This document shows positions 62,290 to 64,000 of a stretch of 64,000 bases of DNA, one piece after another. The notes under the pieces were generated by a model. It made no database searches, had not been told where the DNA came from, and saw nothing but the letters and a program-made list of their open reading frames with translations. Position numbers and translations under genes: made by a program. Numbering within the stretch: position 1 is the stretch's first letter; each line of letters opens with the position of its first letter. The DNA comes from Trichosphaerium sp. ATCC 40318 (taxonomy: Eukaryota; Protista; Tubulinea): assembly GCA_038496445.1 (NCBI GenBank), contig JALMLS010000017.1, positions 248,001 to 312,000 of the forward strand. Reading direction: 5' to 3'.

Positions 62290-64000
62290 AAATGTTTGTT
62301 TGTTTGGTTTATTTGACTATGTTTTACTTTAGTCGAGCACATTTCGCGTTACATATATAGTACAACACAGGCCGCGGCCTGGGAAACGTCCTCTTTACTG
62401 TTTTGTTATGTGTATTCGTTGATCATATATTCCTCTCCGTTCCTCCTCGCTCGTTCTTTTACTCGTTTAAGTTTGATCGCATGATTTGCTTTCCTGTTGG
62501 TTATATATTTTTTGTATAATTCTATTTGGTGTATCATATGTGCCATCTCTTTTGCTTTTCTTCGGAGTAGCCTATTGGTGGATTTGTCTTTGTCCAGTTC
62601 TCTAACAAATTGTGTGGATAGGCCAAGAAATGTGTAGTTTGTGGCATAGCCAAAGCAAGAGTGTGTTAGTTGTTTGTTGTATTCTTCGTTGAGTATTGCC
62701 AGTGTGTTTTTGTTGTAGAAAGTTGGGTATTTCATTGAGTTATTACACATACTTTCTACAATATCGAAGTGGTGTTTAGTGTACTCTCTTTTGTTGAATC
62801 CTAGTATGGCTAGTAACCATAATTCTGGTGATATTTTCCTGTTTGGGTTTCTGTATTTAACAAATAAGTTGGTGTGATTAAAAATTCGGTCGTGTAATGG
62901 CGTATTGTCTTCATCTTGTTCTTTGGTTAGTGGAGTTAGCACACTTTTGAATCCGTTACTTTCTAAGTGTCCAGTGATCGGGATTGCTTTCTCTACACCT
63001 TCTAAGATGCCTTTTGTGTTTATAAGGTGCTGTACTACTTGACCTATGACTTCACCCGTTGAGTAGTAAAACGTGTTTTCTGGGTCACAGTAGTTGAAAT
63101 GCTTTACATCTTCTATTTCTTTCTCGTCATCCTCTTCTAAGTTACATAGTTCGCATTTGTCATCGTCGTACATTTCTGTCATGTACTTTTCTATGTAGTT
63201 GGATGGTGTTCCTATACCTGTAGCTATTCCGTTAAGTTTTTGGTTCAGGTTAAGATTATTTGTTTTAAGACGGAAGATAAAGTCTTGTACTCTCCCATAT
63301 TCAGCTTCATTCCTTTGGAATATTAAGTTAGATGTGTACATGTCTATACGTTCATATTTTGCTGGTCCTGTGGACTCCGTGATCCATCTTTTATCCCAAA
63401 ATGTTTGATTTTCATTCTTGCGAACCTTTTGGTAGTTACCGTATGTAACCATACCATTCTTGCTGACTATAAATGTGTTATGTCCTTTACCTATCTTGTT
63501 AAACAGTGGAATGTCTTCCGAGTCTTCATCTCTACCGTGTTTTGCTAGGGAATCTGCATTCTTATTACCTTTGACTAATGCTTTGACTACGTCCTCACCA
63601 TATTTGTTTCTTAACTTGGTGAAGTGTTCTTTCTTGGTTTCGGTGATTGATATTGTTTCGAAATCATCTGTGTGTGCTGGTATCCACACTATTTTTACAT
63701 TGACTAATTCCATTGCTTTGTGAATGCGATATAGTATTGCTTTGTAGGATAATTTTTTTCTGCCATGTACGCTGGTTTTTCTGTACTGTTTGATTAGGCT
63801 TTTTGCTCCTACACAATCTGTACCTAGTAAGGCTTTACATCCTCTAGGAATAGATTTGAGTGCAGTTTCTATAGCGTATAATTCTGCGAAGATAGGTGTA
63901 GTATCAAAAGGCACTACACCACTAATTTTATAGTTTTCACTTAGGAAGACTCCATATCCTGCTCGGCAATCTATTTCTGCATTGCTGTAACAGCTACCGT
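62290..64000 (-). mobile_element. 3' end of a non-LTR retrotransposon (RNase H + Cys/His zinc-binding region)
   Basis: Long intronless ORF running off the window edge; short 3' UTR with a 14-bp palindrome and a (CAAA)n-like tail at 62293-62315. Confidence 0.75.
62406..64000 (-). CDS. Retroelement pol C-terminus: RNase H and zf-RVT-like domain (5'-partial)
   Basis: (D)GSC..AGYGV, AELYAI, TDC, WIPAH, GNKNADSLAK; CELC..EDVKHFNYC. Confidence 0.85.
   Translation of the reverse strand, partial: GSCYSNAEIDCRAGYGVFLSENYKISGVVPFDTTPIFAELYAIETALKSIPRGCKALLGTDCVGAKSLIKQYRKTSVHGRKKLSYKAILYRIHKAMELVNVKIVWIPAHTDDFETISITETKKEHFTKLRNKYGEDVVKALVKGNKNADSLAKHGRDEDSEDIPLFNKIGKGHNTFIVSKNGMVTYGNYQKVRKNENQTFWDKRWITESTGPAKYERIDMYTSNLIFQRNEAEYGRVQDFIFRLKTNNLNLNQKLNGIATGIGTPSNYIEKYMTEMYDDDKCELCNLEEDDEKEIEDVKHFNYCDPENTFYYSTGEVIGQVVQHLINTKGILEGVEKAIPITGHLESNGFKSVLTPLTKEQDEDNTPLHDRIFNHTNLFVKYRNPNRKISPELWLLAILGFNKREYTKHHFDIVESMCNNSMKYPTFYNKNTLAILNEEYNKQLTHSCFGYATNYTFLGLSTQFVRELDKDKSTNRLLRRKAKEMAHMIHQIELYKKYITNRKANHAIKLKRVKERARRNGEEYMINEYT

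Noticed and set aside
62360-62400. Hammerhead ribozyme at the retroelement end (stem followed by GAAAC)
   Set aside because: No CTGANGA core on either strand.
1-64000. Stop-codon reassignment or selenoproteins
   Set aside because: TAA, TAG and TGA all terminate conserved genes. Apparent internal stops resolve as introns, except in the decayed ROCO gene, where no SECIS was recognised.
1-64000. CRISPR arrays, tRNA, rRNA, prokaryotic operons
   Set aside because: None seen; the sequence is spliceosomal eukaryotic DNA and the repeats found are coding (RGG, PKK, NKKSGRF).

Overview
A compact, AT-rich, intron-rich eukaryotic genome segment, most likely an amoebozoan-type protist (inferred from gene families and short GT-AG introns, roughly 40-120 nt). 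It holds about 31 protein genes, often separated by less than 150 bp. They include an RGS protein, an MFS transporter, a Ras-family GTPase, an SDIR1-like RING ligase, cyclin Y, myotubularin-FYVE, TTC13/SRFR1, an MPR/ATG27-like receptor, TOE1, CNNM/MAM3, a cullin, an EF-hand inositol-phosphate kinase, a PPR protein, GAR1, Sec10, an ALDH21-type dehydrogenase, ABTB1-like and ATG101. The window ends in the 3' part of an RNase H-bearing non-LTR retrotransposon. The best novelty candidate is the 39.3-45.3 kb accessory region: a MORN-(possible REase)-Roc-COR gene with a decayed 3' end, an orphan helical protein, GC-rich hairpins and an intronless HhH-HEPN (RxxxxH) candidate RNase. Also notable are two very short U12-type (minor spliceosome) introns, GC-AG introns, an intron that splits a start codon, and strong window-wide enrichment of the palindrome CACGTG. 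I saw no rRNA, tRNA or CRISPR. Gene models were spliced by eye and domain calls come from motif recognition, not database searches.
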